Below, in pieces: positions 37,336 through 48,972 of a stretch of 64,000 nt of DNA (position 1 is its first letter; every line of letters begins with the position of its first letter). Location of the stretch: positions 1,280,070-1,344,069 of the forward strand of contig NC_068993.1 in the NCBI RefSeq assembly GCF_001194135.2, in the 5' to 3' direction. Origin of the DNA: Octopus bimaculoides. Taxonomy: Eukaryota. Position numbers and translations under genes: made by a program. The notes under the pieces were generated by a model. It was not told the DNA's origin and did not search any database. It was given only the letters and a program-made list of their open reading frames with translations.

Positions 37336-37817
37336 ACACACACACACACACATGACGGCCTTTCGCACAAGCTTTGTCTACCACTCTCTCTCTCTCTCAT
37401 ACGGAATCGAACCGAGAACTATATTTCTATGTCTGTGCACATGTGTAGTCTTTGTTTCATATATTTATATACAGAGTTTTGAACCTTTTTATTTGACTAT
37501 AGTCGGTGGATTAGCAAAATCGTTACAGAGTTGGTCGTGTTTTCCGTATTTAGTTTCAGTTGTTGACTTTCTAAATTCAAATTCTGCCAAGATCAACTTC
37601 CATGATCATCCTTTGGGGATAACTAAAACAGAGTGCCAGCCATGTACAGGGGATGTATAATAGATCGATCTCTCCATTGAGATCAATAGGACTGACCACC
37701 GATTAATGGACGGTTCTGGTTATTGGAAGGTCAAACAAATGAATCTGACTACACTAACGCTACGATAATACTTGAGCCGATGTTTCATATGTAGCACGAG
37801 GCACAGCCAGCAAGTTA

Positions 37818-38040
37818 ATTCCTGTTACAGGTAAAACCTCTTTTTACCATTCATTTTAAATACAGCAAATATTATTACCTTGTATATAAGTTTCACCCAA
37901 TTAGTTACTTGTTTCAAGTACAACCAATAAGTTACCTGTTTCAGGTAAAGCCAGTTATTTTTCCCTACTATTGCAGGCACAGATAATTATTTACCTGCTG
38001 TACAGGTACAGTCAATAATTTACCTCATGTTTCTGGTGAA
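37818..38040. repeat. Degenerate minisatellite of palindromic units (TACCTG-n3-5-CAGGTA)
   Basis: Units include tcctgttacaggta, tacttgtttcaagta, tacctgtttcaggta and tacctgctgtacaggta, spaced about 27-32 bp apart in the central part. Confidence 0.65.
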
Positions 38041-38159
38041 GCTCAAGACATATTTAAGATCTAATGATTTACATTTTAAGTTTTGGATACCAACCTCAGA
38101 TAAAACAAATATATTTTACTTTCCATTTCCTGTAAAATATACATCATTAGATATTAACT

Positions 38160-38395
38160 GGTGCCTAACGGACCAACGAGGAAGCTCATTAAGATGGAGT
38201 AGCTAGATTTTGTTAGAAATAGCACATAAGTATCCCTCAAGTTAAAAAAAAAACATGAGGTAACGTTTGCTAATATAGCTCTACCTATTCAATGTCCGAA
38301 TACAGTACGAGGTGGTCACGGATTGAACATGTTTTATTAAAGATTCCCTCGACCAGGGAGGACCAAGAGCTAAACAACAACAATAACAGCAACTA
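38160..38395 (+). mobile_element. SINE-like family C, degenerate
   Basis: gaggaagct...ttagaaatagca...ggtggtcacgg...gacc..gagctaaacaacaacaat. Confidence 0.65.
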
Positions 38396-38994
38396 CTGAC
38401 GACCATTTCACTGTGTTCAGGTTGTGCAGGACGACACATCTACCAAAAATCCAATGATGGAGCTTTGTTTGTGAGGATGTATTTTATAGAGAAGTAGTTT
38501 GTTTAATAATGTGTAACATTTTGTGCCACAGCAGTATGTTGTTCAGTGATTAAAAGCAACCACCCCAATATGTCACTGGTACTAATAAATAGATGACATA
38601 GAGTTCGTGATATTGATGGAAATTCCAAATTTAATATCAGTAACATTTCAATATGTATTGAGGGATGTATTGATCTGAGCCTTGTATTTATTCATGGCCA
38701 CCGGTTGTGTGAGCATCGATCGCTCAAATCATTCCACCAAATATGCATCTCCAACAATTATTTGGGATGTCTTTTGGTATCTGTTGCGACTTTTTGCATT
38801 CTGAGTTCAAAATACACCTCCTTTCACCTCCCTCTTTGCGGTGGGAACCTAAGCTTTCATGATCCGTTTATCAGGAATAGAATTTCCATATTAGACTGGG
38901 TGGCAGAGCAATTGGAGTAACATTTCGGTCGCATCTGGCGGACACTGGACTCAAGCAAGGAAACGCTACGACACGTTTTTTTGCACTCACTTCT

Positions 38995-39322
38995 TTCTTT
39001 TTAATCATTGGACTACGACCATGCTGGAGCACTGCTTTCAGTGGGTTTAATCAAATGGTTTCTGTGCGGGTATTTATTTTAGTGATCTATGTCTATTAGA
39101 CTTTTTAATTTAGGTACTTCCGTTCTGACACAGCAACCTATCGTTACGGACCAAAATACCCCAAGGAATTTACAGCGATTTACATAAACATACATAGACT
39201 CTTTCAACCAAATTCCACTACTAAAGCATTGATCAGACCCAGATAATGCCATGAGATGCTGCACCTTGGGATCGAACCCAGAATGACGTGGTTGCAAAGT
39301 GAAAATCTTAACCATACAACCT
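38995..39322 (-). mobile_element. SINE family B, full-length degenerate copy with a tRNA-derived head
   Basis: B-box-like gggttcgatccc at 39268-39279 on the minus strand, an A-box-like tggttaag upstream, and the 3' end cagtgctccagcatggtcgtagtccaatgatt. Confidence 0.7.
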
Positions 39323-39924
39323 GTAACCGTTATAATCTTCATCCTGATTCTCTCCTGATATACCTTAGTCACAAGTTTTATCTATTTGCTTCCATTTAAA
39401 AGTTGTTGATTTTTTTTTACCACATTTTTTTCCTTTATTTTTATTTTTTATTTTGATTTCTTTTGAACCAATTCAATAATCGATGAGAAGCGACAAACAT
39501 TACAATGATAACGAAACTTAATCAAATCTGTTTTTATATAAAACCTCGGTTGCATTTATCTGTGGACTTAGAAATACAGAAGTCTTTTTATGAGAGTATT
39601 GCTTTAACCCTATATTTCGCAACTTATTTTCATTTCCACAGATTCTTACATTTTTGGCAATCTACAATATAACAATTATTTCCCCCACTAAACTTACAAC
39701 TATATTCTACGATTAAAACTTCATTTCTATTTTGCTATTAAATAATTTCTAAAACAAATTTTAAATATTTATTTTCACTCGATTAATATACATGCATTGA
39801 TTTGTTTAATTAAATTGAATAATGAATTTTACAAAGCATAAAGCCAAGTGTTTTTATGAGAAGAATATACTGGATGCCATAAAATGTTTACTGATAACAA
39901 ATAACATATACTGCTTGCCGCGCC

Positions 39925-40126
39925 TGATATTCTGAAAGTCCTTGAAGAACTCCATATTTGAGAAGAAACAAATATATACTTGTAGTATTCAGCAAATTTT
40001 ATATAATACCGTTTCTATATTACTCTACAGTTCTAGAGGTACTTGAAGAACTCCATGTTTGGGGAGAAACAGATGTACGCTTGTAATTGTCTGCAAATTA
40101 TCTATAATACCATTTATATATTACTA
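39925..40126. repeat. Diverged tandem duplication, period 101 bp
   Basis: cttgaagaactccat occurs at 39941 and 40042, followed in both copies by ..agaaaca.at.ta..cttgta...gcaaatt...tataatacc.ttt.tatattact. Confidence 0.85.
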
Positions 40127-40639
40127 GTGGGACCTGTGAATATTTCACGGAATTAAAGGTAAACCTATTGGGTTATTTCTGAAAACTTTATCCAAAAAAA
40201 CCTGAAAGCGTAGACTGTGTTGTGAATGTATAGAAAGAAAGTTGCTCGTCTGCTTTTCATTGAAAAGCGAAAGAAATTGCAATACGATGATTATTTACCT
40301 CACTTTATAAACTTTATGCACAATTTTATAGACTTCATACACAGCACTCATAAAATTTCCTTAGGATAAGAACGAACGTTTTCAAGGTTGCATTTTGAAG
40401 GAAATATCCTTAAAAGCTTCCGCAGAAAGCTTACTGGTTTATACGTTAGGTCATAAAAAGTTCTGATATTTTCATTGGGAAAAGTGCCTGAGTATTGTTG
40501 TCCGTCTAAAGGCAAATTCTCGTTTGTTATTCTTGTTTAAGAATTGTGTGGTTAGATCTAACCCACACAAATATCGTCCTATAAGTTTTTCCTTGTAGTT
40601 AGTAAAGTCTCTGAATCTATTATTAACGTGGCTTTGGTC

Positions 40640-40963
40640 AGGCATCCACTGCTCTAGTGCCCTCCATCAAGTCCTTTAAACGAGTCACTCGCTTCCCTTT
40701 CCAGGCACACCGTTTCTTTGATGAATTTCCTGTTGGTTATAAGTCCTCTTACTCTAATAGATTCCTTCCTCGAATTGCTGTTCTCTGGAATTCACTCCTA
40801 TCGTCTTGTTTTTCTCAGGTCTATGACATTCAGTTCTTCATTCGTTCTATTAATTGACACCTTTTCAATTTGTAACCCTCTGTTTTCTACCTTTTTTGGT
40901 TGTCCCTTACGTTACAATGGCTTCAAGTTTGGTTGGGATAAGATCGTATAAAAAAAAAAAAAA
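40640..40963 (+). mobile_element. 5'-truncated Jockey/CR1-group LINE 3' end with a poly(A) tail
   Basis: ORF 40657-40857 reads TRFPFQAH...P...SYSNRFLPRIAVLWNSLLSSCFSQVYDIQFFIRSIN, the classic TR....H...SFlPRt..LWNsLP..cFp..Ydl..Fk..vN tail. A short 3' UTR follows, then an A14 run at 40950-40963. Confidence 0.8.
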
Positions 40964-42102
40964 CGAAATACTGTCTTACCCTACCCACGTCTCTATTGAG
41001 ACGTAATTTATTCGAAACCGTCTGCTGTCCTAGAAGCAGTGAGGTTTATATGATGATAGAAGTCAAATCTCAGACAGTTTTCTAGTATGCTACAATGAAT
41101 GTCAAACAGAATATTAGACAAACTAGTAAGAACCCCTCGACATTAAGAGAACTCTATCTATTTAGCGGTTTTATCTAGAATGAAATATTTACGAACAGGA
41201 AAAAAACTGAAGTTAACAAAATTAAAAATATTAAAAATAACTTTGAATCCCTCAACTGAAAATTAATTACAGATGATTGTGTACATGAACCAAAGCAAAT
41301 TCTCCAATTTAAAACAAAAGGTATTGTTCTTCTTACAAAAGCAACCCTTTAAAGTGTTCTTTTTCATAATTTTACCATTTCCGATATGTTTTATTAAACT
41401 TTATGCTTCACTTAACTATAGTAATTTTGATGTTTTCTCAAATATTGGAATTATTTTACTGTTTACTGATGTTGTTCTCCTATCTAATACTGTTACAAAT
41501 GTGTTTATGTGCGAAAAATTTAAATTAGTTTTATACACGTTCTGGCCTGGAACACACCTGACTATAATCTGCAACGATTAAACTTTTTCAAACATTCACT
41601 TAATATGAACAGTTTTGTTCTTGTTTTGTTTTTCTTTTCTCGGTTTATTTTTTCATGTTTTTAAAAGTATAATTTCCAAAAGTAAAAGAAAATTATTCTT
41701 CTTAAACAAAAACAAATCTATTTTCTTTCTTTAAGCCAATCGCTTTGTAGTTTAATATAATAAGAGTCGAAACCAGACGTTTCAAACAGTTTCTGTGCAT
41801 GAATGAGAAATATTCAAGATTATTGCATGCAAATAACATTATTTTATAAATGGGCTTTGTAAATGAATTACGATGGAGGAGGGTGGCTAAGTTTTATTTC
41901 AGGATGTAATCAGGGTACGTTAACACATTTAATCACTTCGGGTGGGTAATCTCTATCATCGGGTACAATCAGGGTAGATCAATACACCACAGATATTTTA
42001 GCTTCCTCTGAACATTTGCAATCGAAGAATGGGTACTTTGTTAGCAACTGGGTACTTTGTTAGGAACTAGATACTTTCTTTCCTACTTTTATGAACTCTT
42101 GA

Positions 42103-42136
42103 TTAATTAATTGAATCAAGAGATTCAATTAATTAA
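42103..42136. repeat. Perfect 15-bp inverted repeat with a 4-nt loop
   Basis: ttaattaattgaatc-aaga-gattcaattaattaa. Confidence 0.9.
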
Positions 42137-42430
42137 ATTCCCATCAAATGTCTGATGTCCTTACTAATTTCTAATTAGTTTTTATGACGTCACTAGAGAT
42201 GGAAGTCGCTTTTGTGACAACCATGCCTTTCCCATAAGTATTAACTGACAGAAACGATATGAAAATATCTGCAATTTCTGATGAGACTCCAGCATGACCA
42301 CAGCCCACTTGCTGGAACTAGTAAAAGAGAAAATTAGGAATTGAAACTGAATCATGGTATCGGCACCACGGCGCCTGAATCTATTGAGTTGGCCAATACA
42401 TACATATATACGTACATACATACATACAAT

Positions 42431-42507
<77 letters not shown>
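42431..42507. repeat. (CTA)n microsatellite
   Basis: Perfect run seen directly. Confidence 0.97.
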
Positions 42508-44477
42508 TAGTCTTAATTACATTTCACAGTTTAATGTTAATATTGAATATAGATTTCAAAAGATTAAAGAGTTTGAANNNNNNNNNNNNNNNNNNNNNNN
42601 NNNNNNNNNNNNNNNNNNNNNNNNNNNNNNNNNNNNNNNNNNNNNNNNNNNNNNNNNNNNNNNNNNNNNNNNNNNNNNNNNNNNNNNNNNNNNNNNNNNN
42701 NNNNNNNNNNNNNNNNNNNNNNNNNNNNNNNNNNNNNNNNNNNNNNNNNNNNNNNNNNNNNNNNNNNNNNNNNNNNNNNNNNNNNNNNNNNNNNNNNNNN
42801 NNNNNNNNNNNNNNNNNNNNNNNNNNNNNNNNNNNNNNNNNNNNNNNNNNNNNNNNNNNNNNNNNNNNNNNNNNNNNNNNNNNNNNNNNNNNNNNNNNNN
42901 NNNNNNNNNNNNNNNNNNNNNNNNNNNNNNNNNNNNNNNNNNNNNNNNNNNNNNNNNNNNNNNNNNNNNNNNNNNNNNNNNNNNNNNNNNNNNNNNNNNN
43001 NNNNNNNNNNNNNNNNNNNNNNNNNNNNNNNNNNNNNNNNNNNNNNNNNNNNNNNNNNNNNNNNNNNNNNNNNNNNNNNNNNNNNNNNNNNNNNNNNNNN
43101 NNNNNNNNNNNNNNNNNNNNNNNNNNNNNNNNNNNNNNNNNNNNNNNNNNNNNNNNNNNNNNNNNNNNNNNNNNNNNNNNNNNNNNNNNNNNNNNNNNNN
43201 NNNNNNNNNAAAATTAGAAGAAATGATTTTTTTTTCTTTTTAAAGAAGCTTTCTTTGTGGAGTTTTGTTGGAGATTTTTTAATGAAATAAATATAAATTT
43301 ATCGATGAGCAAGGCGTTTTAAGGGAAATAATCCTTGATTTAGGGAAACATGCGAAAATTTATATAAAATGAGAACTGCATCTTTTGTTAAATAATTTTC
43401 CAGTTACTGTTTTCATCAAAGCCTTGGCTATGGTTTTAATTTTGAATCAAAAAAAAAAAGTAATAATAAAAGAAATTGATTATAATTGCTTGTGGAGGCA
43501 GTTTCCGATCGATACGAGTAGCGGCACTAGTTTTATCAAGAGAAAAATCTATCATGGCCGTAGATATTTTTACTGCGTTGATCAAAGCAAAGCATTAGCT
43601 ACAACAGTTTTTATGGCTTTCAATTTCGTTTTCTATTTTTGATGTCTTGCAATGTTAAACTTTTTTTTATTTTTTTAATCATCGAGGATTTCTTAATTAA
43701 AGCATAGATACTTTGTTATTTGTAATTATCTGTTTGTTTGTTTCTTTTAATTTATAATTATTCATTTTTATACGAAAACAATAAGCAAGCACAAAAACAA
43801 AATGAAAAAGACGAAAATATGCATTTGTTGTTATAAACCAGATTAAGTAAATTGTCTAAACTAAACAGCCATTTCAATTAGAAGGGAAAGTGCATGAACA
43901 ATGGTGACCTTTCTCAATGTGTCCAGAGAAAGGCTAATGAATTAGTCTGAAGCTAGATAAACGGATGGGGAGTTTTACGACAGTAAATACGAAGATAAAA
44001 AAATAACTTACAAACTTCTTTTATTAATTGGTAGTTGGTGGGGTAGTTGTTTTAATTTTTTTAATTTTTTTTAAAAACAAAACCAAAGGTTGATTGGCTG
44101 AGCTCCATTCTCTCAATTTATTTAGTTTTCTCTCACCACAAGCGTGTTGTCATTTTTGATAGAAACAGCGACTTGTTGTTCAGATCTACACATATAAGTA
44201 TTTGAACGCAGACTGTTGCGAAGACAGACATAGATTCATATTGATGTGTTTAATAAGCATTAAATGCTCCACTTAATCATTATATAAAAAACAGTTTGCG
44301 TTTGTTTGTTTGCTTTTTTAATAACTGAAGTGAAAAATAAAAAAAGAAAAGTTTTAGTTAAAATAAATTCACAAAGTAAATAGTTGTTTGAATAATCAAC
44401 AGGCTGGGATAATGGCGGCACAGAACAAGAAATATATCATTAATGATGAGGTTAATGAAGAGGAGGGAGGAGGAGAT

Positions 44478-44509
<32 letters not shown>

Positions 44510-45382
44510 GGGGAGCAGGAGAAGGAGGACGATTATGATTTATGATAATGATGAAGAGGAATTGGAGGAAGTAAAAAGTTAATGACGATGTGGATTGTAG
44601 CGGTGGTGGTGGTGGTGGTGGTGATAATGATAATGGTGGGGTACTGCTTCTTCTAGTAACGATGCTGATGGTGATGGTGATGTTGGTGATGGCGGTGGTG
44701 CTACTGCTACTGCTGGTGACGGTGATGGTAACGGCGTCCCCCCCCACACACACACACACACAAATCCTAATTTGGTGACAATGCTAAATAAATGTTGCGA
44801 CATCCTATTGGTGCAGGTTCCCTTGGATCCTGTGTCTTTTAGTTTCTTTCAAACTGAGTATACTCACTCGTGCTGTATTCACTCGAGTTGAGCATTCACT
44901 CGGGTTGAGTATTCACTCTCACTCACTTACCTTCAGCTCAGTTCTAAGTTGCATTAATTGAAATAGATATTTAATGTTTAATAATATATGATGGTGGATT
45001 TCTGTCGTTCGCCGACAGAGTTATCTGCCCATCCAACTAAAATGCAAGTGGGTGAGTATTCCACAGATGTAATTCTCATGCAGAATGCCTCCGTTACGCT
45101 TTCATGAATCCTCTTGCATCCACAAGATGAGAATTGGAGAACTGCTGTAGAAAACTAGATTCATGCCAGATGCCACGCAAAAGAATCGAACCCGATATAT
45201 ATATATATATATATATANNNNNNNNNNNNNNNNNNNNNNNNNNNNNNNNNNNNNNNNNNNNNNNNNNNNNNNNNNNNNNNNNNNNNNNNNNNNNNNNNNN
45301 NNNNNNNNNNNNNNNNNNNNNNNNNNNNNNNNNNNNNNNNNNNNNNNNNNNNNNNNNNNNNNNNNNNNNNNNNNNNNNNNNN

Positions 45383-45434
<52 letters not shown>

Positions 45435-45574
45435 GTATGGACGCAGACACACATACACAAGCACATACACACGCATATACATACACACACCTCACATACA
45501 CGTACTCACGCAACTGTACTTATCAGTTATGTGGAGCGCTTCTGTCTGTGCTGAGTACAGTTTAATGTTCCGAC

Positions 45575-45665
45575 TCCTTGCAATGTGGATTCAAATTCCA
45601 CATCAACTTCGCTTTTGAGCCTTTCAGGATCAAAAATTTAAGTACCAGTGATCTCCTCCGGTCGA
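45575..45665 (+). mobile_element. SINE family A fragment
   Basis: ggattcaaattccac.tcaacttcgcttt...cctttcaggatc.aaaa.ttaagtaccagt. Confidence 0.6.
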
Positions 45666-46959
45666 GTCTCCTCCTCCTCCTGTCCTTCTTTGTAGTAGAA
45701 CTCCTCAATCCCTGTGCCGTCATCTTCTTGTTCTTCTTCCTCTCTCACACACAATCAGCTACACTGCCTTGTGAGAGGGCCATGGGACACCATTGTCAGT
45801 GACCCATTTCCTCCAAGAAACGGAGGTAAGTTGAACAAGTGGAACTTCGTCGTGCCACAAAACTCGCCCACAGAATCTATAAATATGGCGGCCAACGTGG
45901 TCACAGAGCGACAGGCGAGTGTGTTGTGTGACACAGAGAACTACGTAAAAATACGGCCTGGGTCTCGTTTAATCTTCCTACAAATGCATCCAAAATATGA
46001 ATGGAATTATAATCGAAAACGAAGCTGATTATAGCTCACCTTGGGGTAAACAGCAACAACAACCACAACAAACTCTACTGTTGTACTCTGGCACACAAAA
46101 CCTCAAACCACCCCAACTTCTGCAGCTGTATTCCGCCATATTTCAGCCCCTTCAACAAATTCAACAACAAACAGAATATATTAGAGATTTATAGATTTAC
46201 TTCTTTATTTTTTTAGCCACTTCGTATCTTTCCTTTTGATATTCTACGTGGTTTTTATTGTATCAAAGTCCTTTTGATTTCCTGAATAGATTCAAGATTT
46301 TCACACTATTTGTTTTCCAATACACATAATTGTGTTTTGGTAACAAAATACAAATAAATATTTGAAAGCGAGTTAATGGAGTAAAAAAAAATGAAATTTA
46401 ATTTAATTTTGCTGTTTATCCAGAGCGAAGAGCCATTAAGTTAGTGAGGCATGCTGTTGTAAGTGTTGTTGACAAAGTTGACCCATGCTTATAATGGAAT
46501 AATCGTGTCGATGGTGTTCTGCATCACATCACCTGCAAAGAGATGCACTGTTTAACGAGAATGGTTGTGGCGGCGGCGGCGACGCCCGGTGGCGGTGTTG
46601 GAGAGAGAAACTGTAAAAGTAGCGGTATGGAATAAAATAGAATAGGATATCTACATAAATCGGCTGCTTCCTCTACCACTTCCTGGCTCTCCCTTTCTCT
46701 CTCCCCCTCTCTTTCTCTCTCTCTTTCTCCCTCTCTTTCTCTCTCCCTTTGTCGTCATTTCAATAAACAACAACAAACGATAACTCTAATGAAAAAAGAA
46801 AGAAAGCAAACTGGTAAATAGAGAAATAACTATGGAATTAGATGTTTCATTGGAGATGTGTGTTGTAATTTCAATAGATAGAAGGGGAGACAATTTGGAA
46901 GTTCAGCAAGTATGGATGAAACGGGAAAATGTATACACACACACATACACATACATATA

Positions 46960-47012
<53 letters not shown>

Positions 47013-47039
47013 TCGCGGTAGAATGCCACATATGAAATG

Positions 47040-47260
47040 GAGTTGAGTTCAAAAACATCGATTCACTGAGATGATCCAAGCAATTAATAGACAAAATCTC
47101 CCTCTAGAAGTGTTTTGAACCTAAAGATATACAGTATTGGAGATAATCCTCCGATAAGATCAGCTTATCAAAATCTTTAAATAATCTTTTCAATGGAAGT
47201 TGGAGTTTGGTCTTTTAAGCCAATTGAAGACAGCAGTGGACATATTTCGGTCGCATTAAA
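47040..47260 (+). mobile_element. Possible heavily decayed CR1 LINE ORF2 C-terminus
   Basis: Translation fragments VQKHRFTEMIQ..., DQLIKIFK and LKTAVDIF resemble the CR1 VQrRaTkMI...gDLI..yK...FK..lD.f motifs. Many stops. Confidence 0.35.
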
Positions 47261-47789
47261 TCTCATCAAGAAAGAATATTTTACTTATTTGACAAGACTT
47301 AGATATGAATAGTGTGTATGCATGTATGTATGTGTATGTGCGCGCGTGCGTGTGTGTGTTTCGGCATGTATGTGCGTGCGTGTGTGTGTATGTGTGTGTC
47401 TGTGCGTGTGTGTAGAAACAGAGAGGTTGTGATATATATGCTTAGAAATAGAGTGAGTTCGTGAGTGTATATATGATAGAGGGACTGGATTACGTATGAA
47501 TGTATGTGTGCATATATTTATATATATATTACATATATATTCACATACTCATACATAGACACATTATATGTATGCATGTATGTATGTATGCATGCATGCA
47601 TGTATGTATGTATGTATATGTGTGTGCGTGTTTATGTATAGAACGAGAAGGCATGTTATGATGTTCATTATGAATACCACCAAAATGACTAAAGCTAAAA
47701 TGCTTCAGATATTTTTATAGCTACTAATTACAAATAATGTATAGAAAACGTTAGTTCACTGAGATTAGATTTAGCAATTAGACGAGTTG

Positions 47790-47995
47790 TTGTTGCTGTT
47801 GTTTAGCTTTGATATGTTGCGCTGACCCCTAAATGTAAAGTTTTCTATCCACGACCAACTCAGCCTTTTCTTATATACACTGAGCTTTGGACTACATTAT
47901 CAAATATGTCCTACCTTTTTAAATGGTATGATGTGATTTGAGTGAAATTTGTCTCTTATTTTAACATATCGAACGATCGTCTAGAGCCTCCCTCA
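47790..47995 (-). mobile_element. SINE-like family C, near full length
   Basis: The reverse complement reads gagggaggctctagacgatcgttcg...ctcaaatcac...aaaaaggtaggacatatttgataatgtagtcc...gctaaacaacagcaacaac. Confidence 0.75.
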
Positions 47996-48224
47996 TTGGG
48001 TTATTGAAGAACCTGTAAACTATAGAGGACGTTTCCTTCACATATGAGATAATTATCTTTCAATTTCATTCAACTGTAGCTTTCTAACAAAATTATTTAA
48101 GATATTTCTCTATGTGGATGCTATAACTTCTTGATGGAATTCTCATTCAACAATGTCTCCTAGAATAAGTGGTTACTCGTAAATCATCACAAAAGACCAT
48201 AATAGGTGTGTTTTTAATTAATCC

Positions 48225-48310
48225 ACGAAGGAGCATTTACGTAGTCGCTCAACCTAGTAGAAATAGTTGTCAAATCTCCTGCAAATTACACACTACGCTC
48301 TTAAAGAGAT
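48225..48310 (+). mobile_element. SINE-like family C head fragment
   Basis: gaaggagcatttacgtagtcgctcaacctagtagaaatag..gtcaaatctcc. Confidence 0.6.
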
Positions 48311-48941
48311 ATATCTAGTGACCTTTAGATATTTTCTCTTTAAGATCATAGTAAAGTTTTAGCTATTCGCGTTTTACCACAGATTTTCTCTGACCAACCG
48401 CAGACCAATATTTTCTCAGCTGATTTTGGTTATATAAAGGGAACTTAAACTGTTTCATCTGCTTTCTAAATCATCAGCAAATATCAATGCAACAGGAACC
48501 AACAAAAATTTCTCATTTTGTCAAGTCTAAAATAACAAGACACGTTTAAGCTGAACAATAGACAAATTCGCCGTATCTCATTTTTCCCACCAGCTTTCTG
48601 TTGCACAAATGTAGCCGCTTCAGCTCACCTTTTTATCTGTTAGGGAATAGTTTCCAGATTTTTATGGAATGTGACCTAAAATAGATTTTGATGACCTATC
48701 CAGGGGGAAAATTAATTACCATTTTTTATTAACGTCCAAAATGCTCATCACTAAACACCATTCTTGAAGAAGCACTCTGGGACTCAAGAAACTTGTTTTA
48801 TTTGTTTTCGTTTTTTAGCTTGATTTTTTTTAGATTTTTTTTTTTTCAGTCGATATTGGTTATATATGAAGTTGATCTATTATAGATATGAGGTGTAAAT
48901 GAAGTTCATCAAATTCTATTATTTTCCTTTCCTCCCTTCAG

Positions 48942-48972
48942 AAAGATTGATTACCGGAGAATCGATTCCAAG
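48942..48972 (+). other. Candidate 31-nt internal micro-exon
   Basis: Strong pyrimidine tract attttcctttcctcccttcAG and donor AAG|gtaaat. Two open frames: KIDYRRIDSK or RLITGESIP. No homology recognised. Confidence 0.35.

Noticed and set aside
37818-38040. CRISPR-like appearance of spaced palindromes
   Set aside because: The units are not identical, the spacers are related to each other, there are no cas genes and the context is eukaryotic. Kept only as a minisatellite.
42270-42330. CTGATGA followed by a tccagca/tgctgga stem
   Set aside because: It lacks GAAA, and the sequence is explained as a family B SINE 3' fragment (ctccagcatg.cc.cag...actagtaaaag).
48435-48485. Minus-strand CTGATGA-tttagaaagcagat-GAAAC-AGTT
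   Set aside because: Helix II cannot form and helix I is poor, so it is within chance expectation.
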